Positions 37,421 to 52,295 of a DNA stretch of 64,000 bases are shown piece by piece (within the stretch, counting starts at the first letter, position 1; each line of letters starts with the position of its first letter). Origin of the DNA: Octopus bimaculoides. Its lineage: Eukaryota. The stretch lies in contig NC_068983.1 in NCBI RefSeq assembly GCF_001194135.2, positions 155,062,984 to 155,126,983 of the forward strand, in the 5' to 3' direction. A program made the translations under genes and the position numbers. The notes beneath the pieces were generated by a model that saw only the letters and a list, made by a program, of their open reading frames with translations, did no database searches and was not told the origin of the DNA.

Positions 37421-38915
37421 CTTTAACTCTCGCTCCCTCCCTTTTTTCCTCCTATCTCATTTGCCTCATTTTTACCAGTCAAAAAACATCAACAGCTCAC
37501 AAACACTTAACCAGCTATACTTGATTGCATTGCGTGTGTGTGCGCATGAACGTGTGTGTATGTCTGTATTATAGTGTGTGTGTGTGTGTGTGTGAGAAAG
37601 AGAGAGATGGCTTATGTAAAGGGGTAATCAGACTCCAGGTGTGGAAACAAACTATAAATTGATAGCGAATTAATTATAAGCGATTTTTCAGATCTGAAGT
37701 GAAGATCGAACTGTCTTCTCTTCAAATCAAAATAAAAGTGGATATCTCCAGGGTGAAGCGTATATTGCTATGTACAGGTAGTAGTAGTAGTGGTGGTGGT
37801 GGTGGTGGGGTATGATATACTGTTTTTTTAATTTTTATTTATTTATTTATTTCTGTTGGATTATTTTGTTCTTTGTTCTTAAGCATTTTTAAGGAGATTC
37901 TATGCAAAAATATTTACCTTTCATTAAACATTGCTGATCTGTAAGGGTTTCTGTGATTCATTTCATCCCTTCTCCTCACGAAAAAACAATCAATTAATTT
38001 CTCTTTATTTTTTTACATATTTAATTCTTCATCATCATCATCTTCTATAGTTATAGTAGTATGATACTCTCACACACACACACACACTTATACATAAACA
38101 TACATACATACCCCACTCCATACACACACATATACATTTATAGAGAGCAAATGTTTTTCTATAGATTGCAATAGTTATAAGGTTAAGCAGGTGCTTGCTT
38201 GAATTTAAAAAAAAGAACTTGTAGCTTGGCTGTTAGGGAAGGAAGGGTACATGTGCCCTGACGATTACATATATATGTATATGTCTGTATGTATGTAATG
38301 TATGTATGTATGTAATGTATGATGTATGTAATGTATGATGTATGTATGTATGTATAGAATGTTTGAAGTAGTGTACAAATATTGTATATTGAGAAAAAGG
38401 AGGCAGTCTGAATTTTAGATAATTCTTTATTAGTGCTTTCATTCATTTAGCCAAACTTGTCAAGACAATAATTAAAAACCAAAGCTATTCTATATGAAGA
38501 ATTGTCCCAAATTTGGACTGCCTCTGTTTCCGTATATGTACATGCATACTTTATGGTGTTTGGTGATTATTTCAGTTGTTTGAATTGCACCTCAGCCAGC
38601 AAAAAAATTTCCTGAACACAGTTTGGTAGAATGGAATAACATTATTTATTCAAAGCTAAGTCTTTGAGAGTTTCTAGTCAGTGACTTGTCCCTAGTCTTC
38701 AGGCAATCAGGATAAAAAAAATTTTCTTAAAAGCCTCCATTTGCAGCTCATGCAAACTCGGCTTTGAATATATTATGTTATATAATAACCATCTCCTGAT
38801 TTGACATGCAAAACATGTCTTATCAGGAGTTACTTCCTTCCTTTGCATTTATGTTTGTTGCTCTTCCAGCTGTTCTACAGAGTGGAATAAATGCATTTTA
38901 TTGTAGCATAAGCAC

Positions 38916-39117
38916 TAGAGATTTTTTCATGTCTGCAACATAACGAAAGAAAAAAGTTGTCCTCTTAACCTACACCCAAAGTTCATTTACTAAGTAATTT
39001 ACTGATTCTTGGGAGTGCATTATATTGTGTCACCAGCAATAGATGGGTTGTCATGTTTTTCAGTAAAACAGGACTAAAGCTTCCTCTTGAGCCAATGTTT
39101 ATTCCGCTTATTAGCCA
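38916..39117. repeat. Copy 1 of a ~200-bp local direct duplication
   Basis: Aligns with 40006-40206 with only a handful of differences. Confidence 0.9.
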
Positions 39118-39222
39118 ACCACTTTATGTAGTGGTTGGCAAATAATAATGGGTGTGTGCATGTGCAATGCATGTTTGTGTGATCGTGTATCTGTGTGTAC
39201 ACTCACATACACACACATTTGA

Positions 39223-39450
39223 GGCGGTGAGTTGGCAGAAACGTTAGCATGCCGGGCGAAATGCTTAGCGGTATTTCGTCTGCCGCTACGTTCTGAGTTC
39301 AAATTCCGCCGAGGTTGACTTTGCCTTTCATTCTTTCGGGGTCAATTAAATAAGTACCAGTTATGCACTGGGGTCGATATAATCAACTTAATCCGTTTGT
39401 CCTTGTTTGTCTCCTCTGTGTGTAGCCCCTTGTGGGTAGTAAAGAAATAA
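39223..39450 (+). mobile_element. tRNA-derived SINE (family C), full length and young
   Basis: GGCGGTGAGTTGGCAGAAACGTTAGC...GTTCTGAGTTCAAATTCCGCCGAGGTTGACTTTGCCTTTCATTCTTTCGGGGTC...AAGTACCAG...GGGTAGTAAAGAAATAA; the central motif resembles Meta-domain-type SINEs (unverified). Confidence 0.9.
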
Positions 39451-40005
39451 CACACATACACACACATCCATTGGCAGACATCAAGTTCTGAATGTTTTGG
39501 CTTATGAACATCTATTGTTGTGAACCAACCTCCATGAAGCCTGTTATATTAAAAATTTGAGTTACATAAATTAGTTCATAATAACGAAGGAACAGATGGA
39601 CTAATTTGTGATTCACATCAAACCCTTGTGCATTTTCAGTAGTTTGCCGCTTGAAAGAAGTAGTGTCAAGCTGTCACCATTTTGTATTGAATCACATAAA
39701 GACTGTGTTGTTGTCGTTATTTGTGTTGTTTAGTTTAAAATTTTATTGTCTGTGCTTCCACACTCATGCATCTAATGCGTCGGTCTAATGCAAATGATGA
39801 TGATGATGATGATGCATCTAAGAGACAGGAAAAGATGACATCTGAAATTAAATTGTTAATTATACAAAACATGATAATACAGTATTGAAGAAATCATTTG
39901 AAGCATCTTCAGGAAAAATGCCTTGCAGTATTTGTGGTGCTAGCTGTTTGCATTCTGTTTTCAAAACCTATTGAGTTCAGCTTCCTTCCAGGGTGTATGT
40001 GTGTA

Positions 40006-40344
<339 letters not shown>

Positions 40345-40540
40345 TTATTAAATACACTCACTAGGCTCTGGTTGGGTATAGTACAACACATTTTCTCAAG
40401 GTGTTGCATAGTAGGACTGAATCGGAAGTTGAAAGTGGAATTCTTAACCATATGGTCACACACACACACATACATGCATGAGTGTGTGTGTGTGTGTGTG
40501 TGTGTGTGCTTGTATATATGTGAGTGTGTGTATGTAGTCA

Positions 40541-40735
40541 TGGCCGATGTCAGTGTCAGGTCAATGGCTTGTAAAAAGCACCCACTACACTCTCGGAGTG
40601 GTTGGCACTCGGAAGGGCATCCAACTGTAGAAACCTTGCCAAGTTAGATTGGAACCTGATGCAGCTTACCAGTTTTCAGTCAAACCGTCCAACCCATGTC
40701 AGCATGGGAAGCAGACGTTAAACGACGATGATGAT
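40541..40735 (+). mobile_element. RTE-tail repeat (family A)
   Basis: GCACCCACTACACTCTCGGAGTGGTTGGC...CCAACCCATGTCAGCATGG...GACGTTAAACGACGATGATG. Confidence 0.75.
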
Positions 40736-40745
40736 ATGATATATA

Positions 40746-40780
<35 letters not shown>

Positions 40781-40793
40781 GTATATGTATGTG

Positions 40794-40904
<111 letters not shown>

Positions 40905-43900
40905 TCATCATCATTTAATGTTTATTATCCATACAGGCATATTCATATATATCTCTGACTTCCAGACTTTCAGCAGTCATAATAACTGTTACAGCAATTC
41001 ATGTATAAATGTCCTTATACACACGCATGCACACACACACACGCACACACGCACACACACACGCACACACACACACACACACACGCATGCATACATTGGA
41101 TGTTGAATTTACTAAGGAGATGACAAAGAAACATGAATAGTAAGATGCAGTGTTGAAGAAAGTCTGTCTAACCCGTGCAAGCATGAAAAAATTTGGATGC
41201 AAAGATGATGATGACATATATACATAGACGCTTACATGTAACATGCAGACATAAATCATATATGTACTTCATGTATACACACATTTATACACATACATAC
41301 ACACCTAGATATCTTTCTCAGTATGTGTATGCATGTGTGTGCGTGTCTGTCTTTGGATATCCACATGACTTAAATTTGAATATTCTAAAACATGTTTTAC
41401 TTGTCTGTTTCTAACCTAAATACATGTGATATCTAGCAACACACAGACATATATAATAGAATGTGTTATACAGCTAAAACAAAAGCCCATCAGTTCGTAG
41501 AGGAAAAGTAATAGATATTCACACTTAAATGCGCATAACATACATACACCATCATCAAATATGCATATATGTAAATTAAAACAGAAAACCACAGACTTTC
41601 AGCAGTCGTTATAATTGCTACAGCAATTCATATGTAAATAACCCTAATTTAGTAAACCACGCTCTGTATATTAAAAAGAAAACAACAAAAAAAAACTTTA
41701 AAACCCACCAAAAAATGCAGATGCCAAATTACATGTGTGTTTGTGTATGGAATGGTAGTATTTAGATTTATTCTTTATTGTGGAAACCTAAGAGTGTTTG
41801 ATACTTTCATATTAATGGCAATGTGTACTTTGCACTGTTGTATTCCTGTATTTTTCTGTAACTCTCAAAGAATATGGGATTTTGCATTTTTAAAAAAAAT
41901 CTTTTATTTTCTTTGATCATTGAACTGCAGGAATGCTGGAGTCTTTAGTTGATCATATCCACCCCAGTTTGTACTTGTTAAGTCTGAGATTTATACTATT
42001 GGTATTTTAGACAACTGCTATGCTGCTAGAATGTGATCAAGCCAACTCTTGAGTAGTGTAGATATACATACACACACACAATGGGTTTCAACATGGCTTC
42101 TGTCTACCAAATTCATTCACAAGGCATTGGTTGGCTTGGAGCTATAGTACAAGACACTTACCCAAGGTGGCTCACTGCAAAACTGAACCTGAAACCACAT
42201 AGTTGCAATGTGAGCTTTTTAACTACACAGCCATTCCTGACCAAAGTTTATTTATAAAGTTAAATCACTATTTTTTTCTCTTTCTGTTAATTCCTAACAT
42301 CCCATCTTTGAAGAGGTTGATGTGTCTTGCCTGTGAGTTACAAATCTATTTTCACTGCTTCTGTTAGTAGAGACTAGGAATATTGACCATGTGATCAGAC
42401 CATATGGTCAGTCAGTATTCAACGACATTTAATCTCAGTGAAATTATTCCTCATGTTTGTAGAATTATCAAATATGTCTATCTGTGTGAATTGAGGTATC
42501 AATCTCATACTATGTTTCATCCAGATTTTATCATGATTGAATACCAGTGACCACAATAGCGTGATAAAAGAACCATATGTTCATGAATAACTTCCATCAG
42601 AACCTTAGTTGTGACGATTTTATACTGCAGTAAAATACAGCATAATAGAAATGGATATCAAATACTATCTTTGGCAAAATTGCACACTGGTATCCAGTGA
42701 TTCTTTTCATGATTTATTGAGATGGGTTGCTGATTAACACCATCAGCACCTAATAACTGCATATAGGGGCCAAGGGTCAACAAGTGATTCGCCATGTGGT
42801 TAGTCATACTAAGAAAGATAGCTGCTTAATCATTCTTAAATCACTTCATATGATTTTACAATGTAATCTAGTTCCTGAAAAAGCAAAAGAGAAAAGATGT
42901 CGCCTTTGAATATTGGTCTTTTGTATCAGGGCTGACAAGGGGATTTAATATCAGCAATTTCATAATTGACACCTTTAACAGTGGTCAGTCAGCTTCATGC
43001 ATTCAGACCAGACCTTTTTGTTTATTACCCATCCTTATTCTTCCCTTGCAAATGGATATCCTGCAAATGACCTAAGCTTCTGAAGAAGTTATTAAACAAA
43101 ATTCAAGATGGAATATATCTATAATGTATAACGACTGTATGCTAATTTCAGAATGAGAAAGGACACACCACTTTTCCCATATAACATTTGAATCATTTTT
43201 TGCCCCTGTAAGTTTATCAGTGTCAGTCAAGTTTTAGGGTTGATTTAATTGTAGAAACTAAAGGTAGAAACTATTGTTATAACTATCATTTTTATTATTA
43301 AAACTAGGAAGGCAAGCTAGCAGAATAATTAGCTTGTTGGACAAAAAAATGCTTAGTGGAACTTCTTCCAGTTCTTCTTGATGTTCTGAGTTCAAATCAT
43401 ACCACTGTCAGCATTGTTTTCTTCTTTCTAGAGTTAATAGAATTAAAGTGCCTGTCAAGTTCTGGGGTTGATGGTAATCAAATTTCCCCTTCCCCTTGAA
43501 ATTACTGTTAATATGTCAAAATTAGAAAGAACCGTTTGGTGAAGTGCGTCTGGGAGGAATGGTTTCATCCTGAGACTAACTTTGCCTTTAATTCCTCTTT
43601 TGCTTGATGAAAGAAACATCAGTCAATTAATATCGATGTTGGTTTGATTGACTGTATCCTCAACCAAAAGTGTCCATCTTCATGGTTTTGTCTGAAACAA
43701 CTATTATTTTATTAATGCAATGGATGCTAGAAATCGTCTGAAACTGTGGTATTTAATTATCTCATTCTGTGTTTTCAATTCAAGTATGGCTTTAATTTTT
43801 GGCTTCTCACTTTCTCCCAGTGTCTATAAAATCAATACCAGTCATATATTTCTGATTTATCAATTGACTATACCGCTTCTCATATTTTGCCCATGTAATA

Positions 43901-46900
43901 AATCATTATTATCGTTGTTGTTGTTTTTCTTGTTGCTGCTTCTACTACTACTCTAATATCTCTCTTTTTTTCTATTTTCCAGGTAAATATCCTCCTTGGA
44001 GTTTTTTCATGCCTTTCTGCTACAGTACTGGATAAAAGCACACACACACACACACACACACTTTCATTTACAAATTGCACAAAGTGGCTCTTTGTCATCG
44101 CTTTCAGCAGTGAGTATTTCAGTTGTTTGCTCAACGGAATTAATTTGTTCATTGAATTACAGTGTTAATGGATGCGTATATAACAGATATTTGTACCATA
44201 AATGTAATCCTGAGGTAGAATCAGCATGTAACAAAACCAGCTCTTTGAATTACAAGTATAATCCATCCAATGGAACCCTCACAGTTTCTGTCTTCCCAAT
44301 TTTTTTGCAAGGCATGGGTGAATCCAAAACTTTAGTAGAAACCACTTTGCTTTCTACCAAAGTTTGTCGCGCATTGTAACATTGTTATACAGTGGAACTG
44401 AATAATCAATGTGATGCCTAATCTTTTTTCCTTTTATTATTTTTTTAAATCATTAGACTCTGTCCATGCTGGGGCACCGCTTTCAAGAGTTTAGTCGAAC
44501 AAATTGGCCCCAGTATTTATTTTTTAAGCCTGGTATCTATTCTATCATTTTATGGAGATGTAAACAAATTGATACTGATTGTTAAGCAGTGTGGGCTTCT
44601 GCACAGTTTTCATCAGCATCATCATTTGACATCCACTTTCCATGCCAGCATGGGTTGGATGATTTGACAGGAGGCTGTGTCTGTTTTGGTAGGGTTCTAT
44701 GGCTGGATGCCCTTCCTAACACCAACTACGCAAGTAAGGAAACAGCTATGTTTGATTGTTTTTGCTCTGTGTTGTTTAACCCCAGGTCATCCTTGACTGA
44801 GTAAACTTATGATCAAAAGCATTCCAGCCATGATCATCTAGTCTTCTTTTCAAACATAGCATACAATTCACAGATTTATTTATTTTTGGAAGACATCTGG
44901 GTGTGACAAACTAAGATAGGTTTAAGCTTCATCATTCTCTCTTTTGTTTGTATTTATGAAATTGTTTGTTATTTGCTCATATATTTAACTCTTTTGATGC
45001 CAGCCTACTTGTGGCTGCCCTGGTTCTGTGATGAAACTTTATATTTTAAAGTGGTAATTAGAAAATAAGATGACAAATTAATAAATAATTATCTAATGAA
45101 CTGCATTAGCTTACAACTGTTTCTACTATAAGATTCAGTAGACTCTTAGTTAAGTGCCTGAGTAACACTTTATAGCTTCATCAGAGCCTCAAATATGAAG
45201 TGTAATCTATTAGGGAAAAGAATTACATTTATGCATATATATAAATATATATAAAAAAAACATTACCAATGAGAAAGCGAGCACATACATAGGGGATTTT
45301 AAAGTCATCTGAATTAACCCTTTAACTGCAAAATTAAATTTACCAGAAACTGGTATTTTCTGCAAGTTACATTGCTTCAATGAACTTGATATATCTCAGG
45401 AAAAAAATTAGTTTCAAACATGACACACCTCAACAAAAGATTGATTGGTATACAAAACTGCTCTTTGCCATTAAGCGTAATGAAACTTTGAGTGTATACA
45501 TTTGATTTCCACAGTAAAAGCCTTCCATTAAAAATTCAATGTTATTTTATGTTCCAAACACCAGCTTAATAATAACTTAATTTGCTAAATTCTTTGTTAT
45601 TTTCATAACTAATTGAAATAAAGGTGATGAACATTGTCAAAGCCTTTTGGTAGCCACTGTGTGTTGTGCTCAGACTTTTCTTTCTCCTATATTCTTCAGT
45701 TATGGTTTTATTAATGAGTAAATGATCTTTATAATATTCCCCCTACTCTTCTAGGTACGGGTTTTTGTTAATCCCCCCCCCCCCCAGTTACTTATTCATT
45801 CTGTGCTGTGAGATTTTTATTATGTAGGAAGGCAGGTTATGAGGTTTTGTGGTTTGCCATTTCTATTGTATTAAGAATTAACCCTTTTGTTTCTATATTT
45901 CTAATAAACTGCATTGCCTTTGTTTCTACTAATTTTGAAAATAATGGGGAATTTAGTAAAATAATTTTGCCATTATTAAGCTGCTGTTTACAACAAAAAT
46001 TAACATGAAATTTTAATGGAAGTTTTTAATTTAGATCACTTGAAAGCAGGAAGTTTCTATCACAGGATAAGGAGTGGTTTCAGGCAGTTTGATACAAAAA
46101 GGGTTGTAATAAATTTTCCCCACCATGTGCTGTCTCTGACTTTTTGCCTTCATCATCATCGTCATACGTCCATTTTCCATGCTGTCATGGAGTGGACGAA
46201 TTGACTGGAGCTGGTAAGGCCAGAGGCTGTACCAGTTTCCATTGTCTGTTCTAGCATGGTTTCTATAGGTGGATGCCCTTATATATCTACTTGAACATAG
46301 TCTCTAAAATATTCTAATGAAAAGTTTGGAATCTTATTGTGTGTCAGTTCCTTCATCTTGGTTGCTTTTCATACCATCTGGGCCNNNNNNNNNNNNNNNN
46401 NNNNNNNNNNNNNNNNNNNNNNNNNNNNNNNNNNNNNNNNNNNNNNNNNNNNNNNNNNNNNNNNNNNNNNNNNNNNNNNNNNNNNNNNNNNNNNNNNNNN
46501 NNNNNNNNNNNNNNNNNNNNNNNNNNNNNNNNNNNNNNNNNNNNNNNNNNNNNNNNNNNNNNNNNNNNNNNNNNNNNNNNNNNNNNNNNNNNNNNNNNNN
46601 NNNNNNNNTCTTATTGTGTGTCAGTTCCTTCATCTTGGTTGCTTTTCATACCATCTGGGCCATTTCTTGTTACAGTTGCTCAGGAAACAGAGCATTGGAT
46701 AGAATGCTTTATTGCATTCAGCATGGTTCTTTCCAGTTTGAGTTCAAATTCTGCCAAGATCAACTTTGCATTTCATCCCTTTTGGGAGTTAATATAACAA
46801 CTTATCAATCAAGTACTGGAGTTGACGGTATTGATTAACCTTATCCCTTCAAATTTTCTGGCCTTGTACCTACATCAGAAACTATTTTGTATTTTCATTA

Positions 46901-47934
46901 TCATTATTATCTGTGGAAGGCCTTGCCCTCCTTACATACATGTGTATGCACATATACACAATCTGTCCTCTGAGAAAACTACCCTTCTGCAACCCGTCTT
47001 CCCAACACACACCCATCCCAACACCCATGATCACTATCCACTGCAGGCCTTCTCCTCTCTGTCAGGTACCTATGTGTACACTCTCCATGCCCTCGCATAT
47101 CTACCACACACCCCTATCAGCCACTTCACCTTGTCAACACCATCACTTGCTACAATCACCTCTTCCCCACCTCTAAACATCCACCCCTATTTTGTCTGTA
47201 CCACTTATACTCCCTGTCCCACTTCACTGCTACCCTAGGATAGATCCTGATGCATCTCTCAACACATACTCTCTCTCTCTCTCTCTCTCTCTCTAACTCT
47301 CTCTCTCTCTAACTCTCTCTATTACTCTCTAACTCTATCACTTCTTCCTTTCCTTTTGTACGCCAAGTATCTCCTCTATGTTAAGACGCCTGTCTCTCCC
47401 TCTAGTTTACTCAAGCCTCTCCTCAGGCACCCTGGCACTTCCCTCAGTTCCCCTCTCCCTCCCGGCTGAGAGGTCTTTGTCTCACAAGTTACTTGGTGGC
47501 CCTGCTGGTGGTCACCTCCACTGGTACCACATAGAAAGCACCTAGTACACTCTGCAAAGTGCTCGGCAAGAGGAAGGGAATCCAGCCATAGAAACCATGC
47601 TAAAGCAGACAATGGAGCCTGTTGCAGCTCTCTGGCTTGCAAGCACTTGTCAAACAGCCCAGTCCATGTCATCATGGAAGACGGATGTTGATGATGATGA
47701 TGATGATAACTAAATGCAAAAGTGGCCGCATGTACCACAAACAGTTACACTATTAACATAATCTTATGATAGCTTCAACATGACACAGTGTGAACTAGAC
47801 TTGGTCTTCAATTCCATTTATCAACTTAATATCACTGTGAAGGGGTTGTTTTAACTTTTGAAGACATTGGCTCAAGATGCTCTGGGATTGAAACTGTCAC
47901 TTGTGTGACTGCAAGGCAAAGTTCTTAACCATTT

Positions 47935-47978
<44 letters not shown>

Positions 47979-48073
47979 CCAAATATACTCATGTTTGCTT
48001 ATTCAGAACTCTACCTTTACTCTGTTGCTAGTTTGAATTATTGCACTAATATTGTCTGCACATGTTTGTATGT

Positions 48074-48105
<32 letters not shown>

Positions 48106-48588
48106 TTGTGTCTGTACATATATATGTAATTATCTATATGTAGATATAAGCAAACATTTACACACATGGAAATAAGCTGAAGTGCTGTATTATAGAGATT
48201 CAAATACAAGTTTGTATGGATGTTAAAACTGCTGTGTGTGTGTGTGTGGTGCACATGCAACCACATACGATATGTGTGTATGTATATGACTGTATACACA
48301 TGAATCCTTCCCCACCTGCCCGTGCCACACACAGATACAGACACACCTGTCTGTCAAGTCTTCTAAGCGGTTCTTATAGATCTTCCCTTATCTCCAACTA
48401 TACAGCACAGTTTGTGTTTTTTCTTCTTTTTTTTTTCCGTTTTTTTTTTCTGTTTTTTTTTTGTTGTTGTTGTTGATTTTCTTGAAGAATCTCATCACTA
48501 TGATCCAGAACATCAACAATAACAAAGAATGCATAGTTAAGAAAATATTTAGTAGAAAATATAAAGTAAAACTACGTTGCCAGAACAC

Positions 48589-48626
<38 letters not shown>

Positions 48627-49126
48627 TATAAATGCTTGCAAATGCATACACACAGTGAGTATATGTAATTCCTTGTAAACATACATGCAGTGAATAAATA
48701 TATGTGCACACACGTGCATGCACAACCATAAACAAATCTTGTGTGCACCCACTCCATCAAATGAAAACATATCATGCTCAACATTCTGCATATATGCCTC
48801 ATGTGCACAAGGAAATTTTTACATATTCATGTTCTCGGTTATTGAATTACAGGTATAGGTGTGGATGTAAGAACTTTGCTTCCCAGCCACATATTCTTGG
48901 GTTCAATTCCACTTCATGACGTCTTGGGTTACTGTCTCCTGCTATATATAGCCTTAGGTTGACCAAAACCTTGTGAATCAATTTGGTAGGTGGCACATAA
49001 AAAGCTCCATCCAAATGTGGTCAATGCCAGTGTCACCTGACAGGCTTCTGTGCCAGTGGCACGTAAAAAGCACCCACTACACCCTGAGTGGTTGGCATTC
49101 AGAAGGGCATCCAGCTTGCCAGATCA

Positions 49127-49165
<39 letters not shown>

Positions 49166-49314
49166 TGTGTGTGTGTAATATTTATGCAGTTGCACACAAG
49201 CATTTATTATGCACACTTCGTGACACAATTACCTGTACATGTTGTTATCTGCACATGTCCACACATAAATCCTCACATTTTTGCGTTAAAAAATAGATGT
49301 CTGTCTTTTTTATA

Positions 49315-49425
<111 letters not shown>

Positions 49426-50221
49426 ATGCACACAGACACACACAGAGTTACATACACCACCATTTTCAGTTTACACTCTTTTGCACCAACAAAGAGACAT
49501 ATATCTTTGTCACACTCTTTCATTAAGAATTCCATATAATTTTACACACACATGCACACACATACCCCCATGCATGATGACGCCCACACGTAATTAATTT
49601 ACCCACCCAGTCTCGCACCAAGAGAACAAACGTCTAATGAGTCTGCTACAATCATTTAACAAAACAAACATGTTTAGCGGTTACTGCACACCTTTGTGCA
49701 ATACCTGTACCATCTCCTACTCATTCCCTCCCCCCCTCTCTCTCTCTCTCTCTCTGCAAAGATTGTGTAAATAGACATGACTTTATACAGATTCTAATTT
49801 TGTTGAAGAAGTATACGTCTCTTGATATTCTAGATGTCTCCAAGTTCATAAACATCATGATCAGCATTGTTATCGTGTCACCGTCATAATCATTGTCACC
49901 AACCACTATCTATCTCTGTCAGCATTGCTACCACCACCCGCTGTTGTCATCAACGTCATCAGTTACCACCATCTCCGTCACCAATGTCATCATCATCTTC
50001 AACATATCAATACCATCATTATTGTAAACTGTTATCATCATTATTATTGGTAACAGTAATAGTAACAAATCGGTGATGTATTGGCTGAAATGCTGGTTTT
50101 CTCTTTCATCCTTTTTGGGGTCAATATAATAAGTACCAGGTGAACACAGGGGTTGATGTAATTAACACATCTCCTCCCCAAAAATTACTACTCTTGTGGC
50201 AAAGTCTAACACCATTACTAT

Positions 50222-50277
<56 letters not shown>

Positions 50278-50685
50278 GTAGTAGTAGTAGTAGTGAGCCT
50301 ACAGAATAGTTACTGTGCCATGCAAAATCCTTTGCAGTATTTCATTTGACTTCATGTTCTGAGATCAAACTTTGCCACGGTCAACTTTTATCCTTCACAG
50401 CTTGATAAAATGAAATACCAGTGATGTACCAGTGTCAATTTAATCAACTAACCCCACTCTTATCTGTGGCCTTGTTTCTATATTAGAGATACTTATTAAG
50501 CATATGATGTGTTTGAAAACTTGGTAGTGCTCCCAACACAATACCTTCATGAAATTAAGTTCTTTTTTTATCTATTGAGTTCAGTTCTTACTTAGGACTG
50601 ACCTTGTTTTTCACCAACTAGTTTTTTGGTGAGAATAATTATTAGTCAGCTACTGGATTCAGTGCTCAAGCTGTCTGAGAGGGAT

Positions 50686-50862
50686 TACCATATTTTAACG
50701 TGTATAAAGAACCCCCTAATTTGGTGGTGGGGGGGGGGGCTTAAAATTTTGAAAAAAGGTTTTGTAAGGGATTATAACACTATCCATGTATAAGAAAGTC
50801 CCATATTTTTGTAACCTAATTTTTGACAAAAAAGGGTTCCTTATACATGTTAAAATATGGTA
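50686..50862. mobile_element. Tc1/mariner-superfamily MITE
   Basis: TA-CCATATTTTAACGTGTATAAAGAACCC ... GGGTTCCTTATACATGTTAAAATATGG-TA; 27-bp TIR with 2 mismatches and TA TSD. Confidence 0.85.
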
Positions 50863-52190
50863 TATACTCTCTTCAGTTGTTCTTGTCCCTATGTCAGTGT
50901 TAGAAATTAATGTAATTTCAGTCAACTTGAATTGAAGTATTTAACTGCATCTCAATACTTTCTGACAGTAAATCTTGAAGAAGTCACTTTGCTATTCATA
51001 TTTTTAGGATCAGTGAAGTCAAATATGGATGTTAAGGATGTTAAGTTAACTGAATGACTATATGTAACCCACTTCTAATTTATGGTGTTGCACCATAAAT
51101 TACAGTATCATTACAGTACTGTATCACTCTTAGTATTGTCACTCCTAAGTGATATCTAGTGACAATTTTTTACATCCTGAGTTCAAATCCCACGAAATCC
51201 TTCTGAAGATAAATAAAAAAAATAAAACAGTAAACCCTTAAAAAGTATATGATTGACTATTCATGTCTTCCTCCACCACCTGTGTCCTTATTTTGTTAAC
51301 TATTATTCCTCTCAGTTAGATTAGTCTGCATTGAGATTTAAGAGTGATTCTCTTTCTTAGAAGGAAACATTTTTAGAGATGTAATTGGTTCAAATATAAC
51401 ACACCAGCCTCAATCCATGTAAAGATCACATTCCTTGCCAAGAAGTAAGGCACTGCTACATACCAGCCTGCAGAATTTCAGTTCAGTTCAGGAGTCTAAT
51501 CAACCAGGGATTAATTTATGTCACTAGATGGTCAACACCACCCTTACCACCACTATCACCATTGTCAACATCTTCAATGTCATTAAAGACATGTAATCAA
51601 TCATGTACTAATTTGTTACTAGGTGGTTATCATCATGATCAAAGACCAACATCATGTAGCTATTCATGGATTAATTTATGGTACTGGATGACCATCTTCA
51701 TCATTATGATTATCATGGTTATCATAGCCATGTAACCAGTCTTGAATTAGATGACTGGATGATCATCCTAATTATATGGAATAGCATCATCTTCTTCATC
51801 ATCATTATCATCATCATCATTCATTTTCCCATACTGCCATATGTTCAACAGGTCTACTTACTGTAAAAGCTTATAATCTTTGTTCTCACATCCCCAACTG
51901 AAGCTTAGCCATTTTAAATGCGACCTTATAGCATTTTTTTCTGTCGTCATCTGCCACAGGACAGTGGTATCTAATACTGGTTTCAAATTCTGGCACAAGG
52001 CCAGCATGCTTCAGAAGAAGGGGTAAGTCGATTATGTCAACCCCAGTGCTCAACTGGTTCTTATTTTATCAACCCTGAAAGGAATGAGAAGCAAAGTTTA
52101 CTTCAGCAGACTTTGAACTCGGAACATACAGAGACGAAATGCTGGTGAAAACTCATCTCCTTAAAATGGTATCTGATATTGTCTGCTTTC

Positions 52191-52295
52191 TTACTTTGGC
52201 CCTTCACTCCCTAAGGACCACAGACCATCAATAACTTTCCTCCACTGGTCTCAACTCAGGGCTATCTCTTCCACCTCTCTTTCCGCTCAAGGGCT
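52191..52295 (-). mobile_element. RTE-type LINE ORF C-terminus fragment
   Basis: Minus frame AEREVEEIALS*DQWRKVIDGLWSLGSEGPK*, resembling the RTE terminal A.DR..WR motif. Confidence 0.5.

Noticed and set aside
46331-46661. Exact direct repeat at 46331-46384 and 46608-46661
   Set aside because: It flanks an N gap on both sides, typical of unmerged contig overlap.
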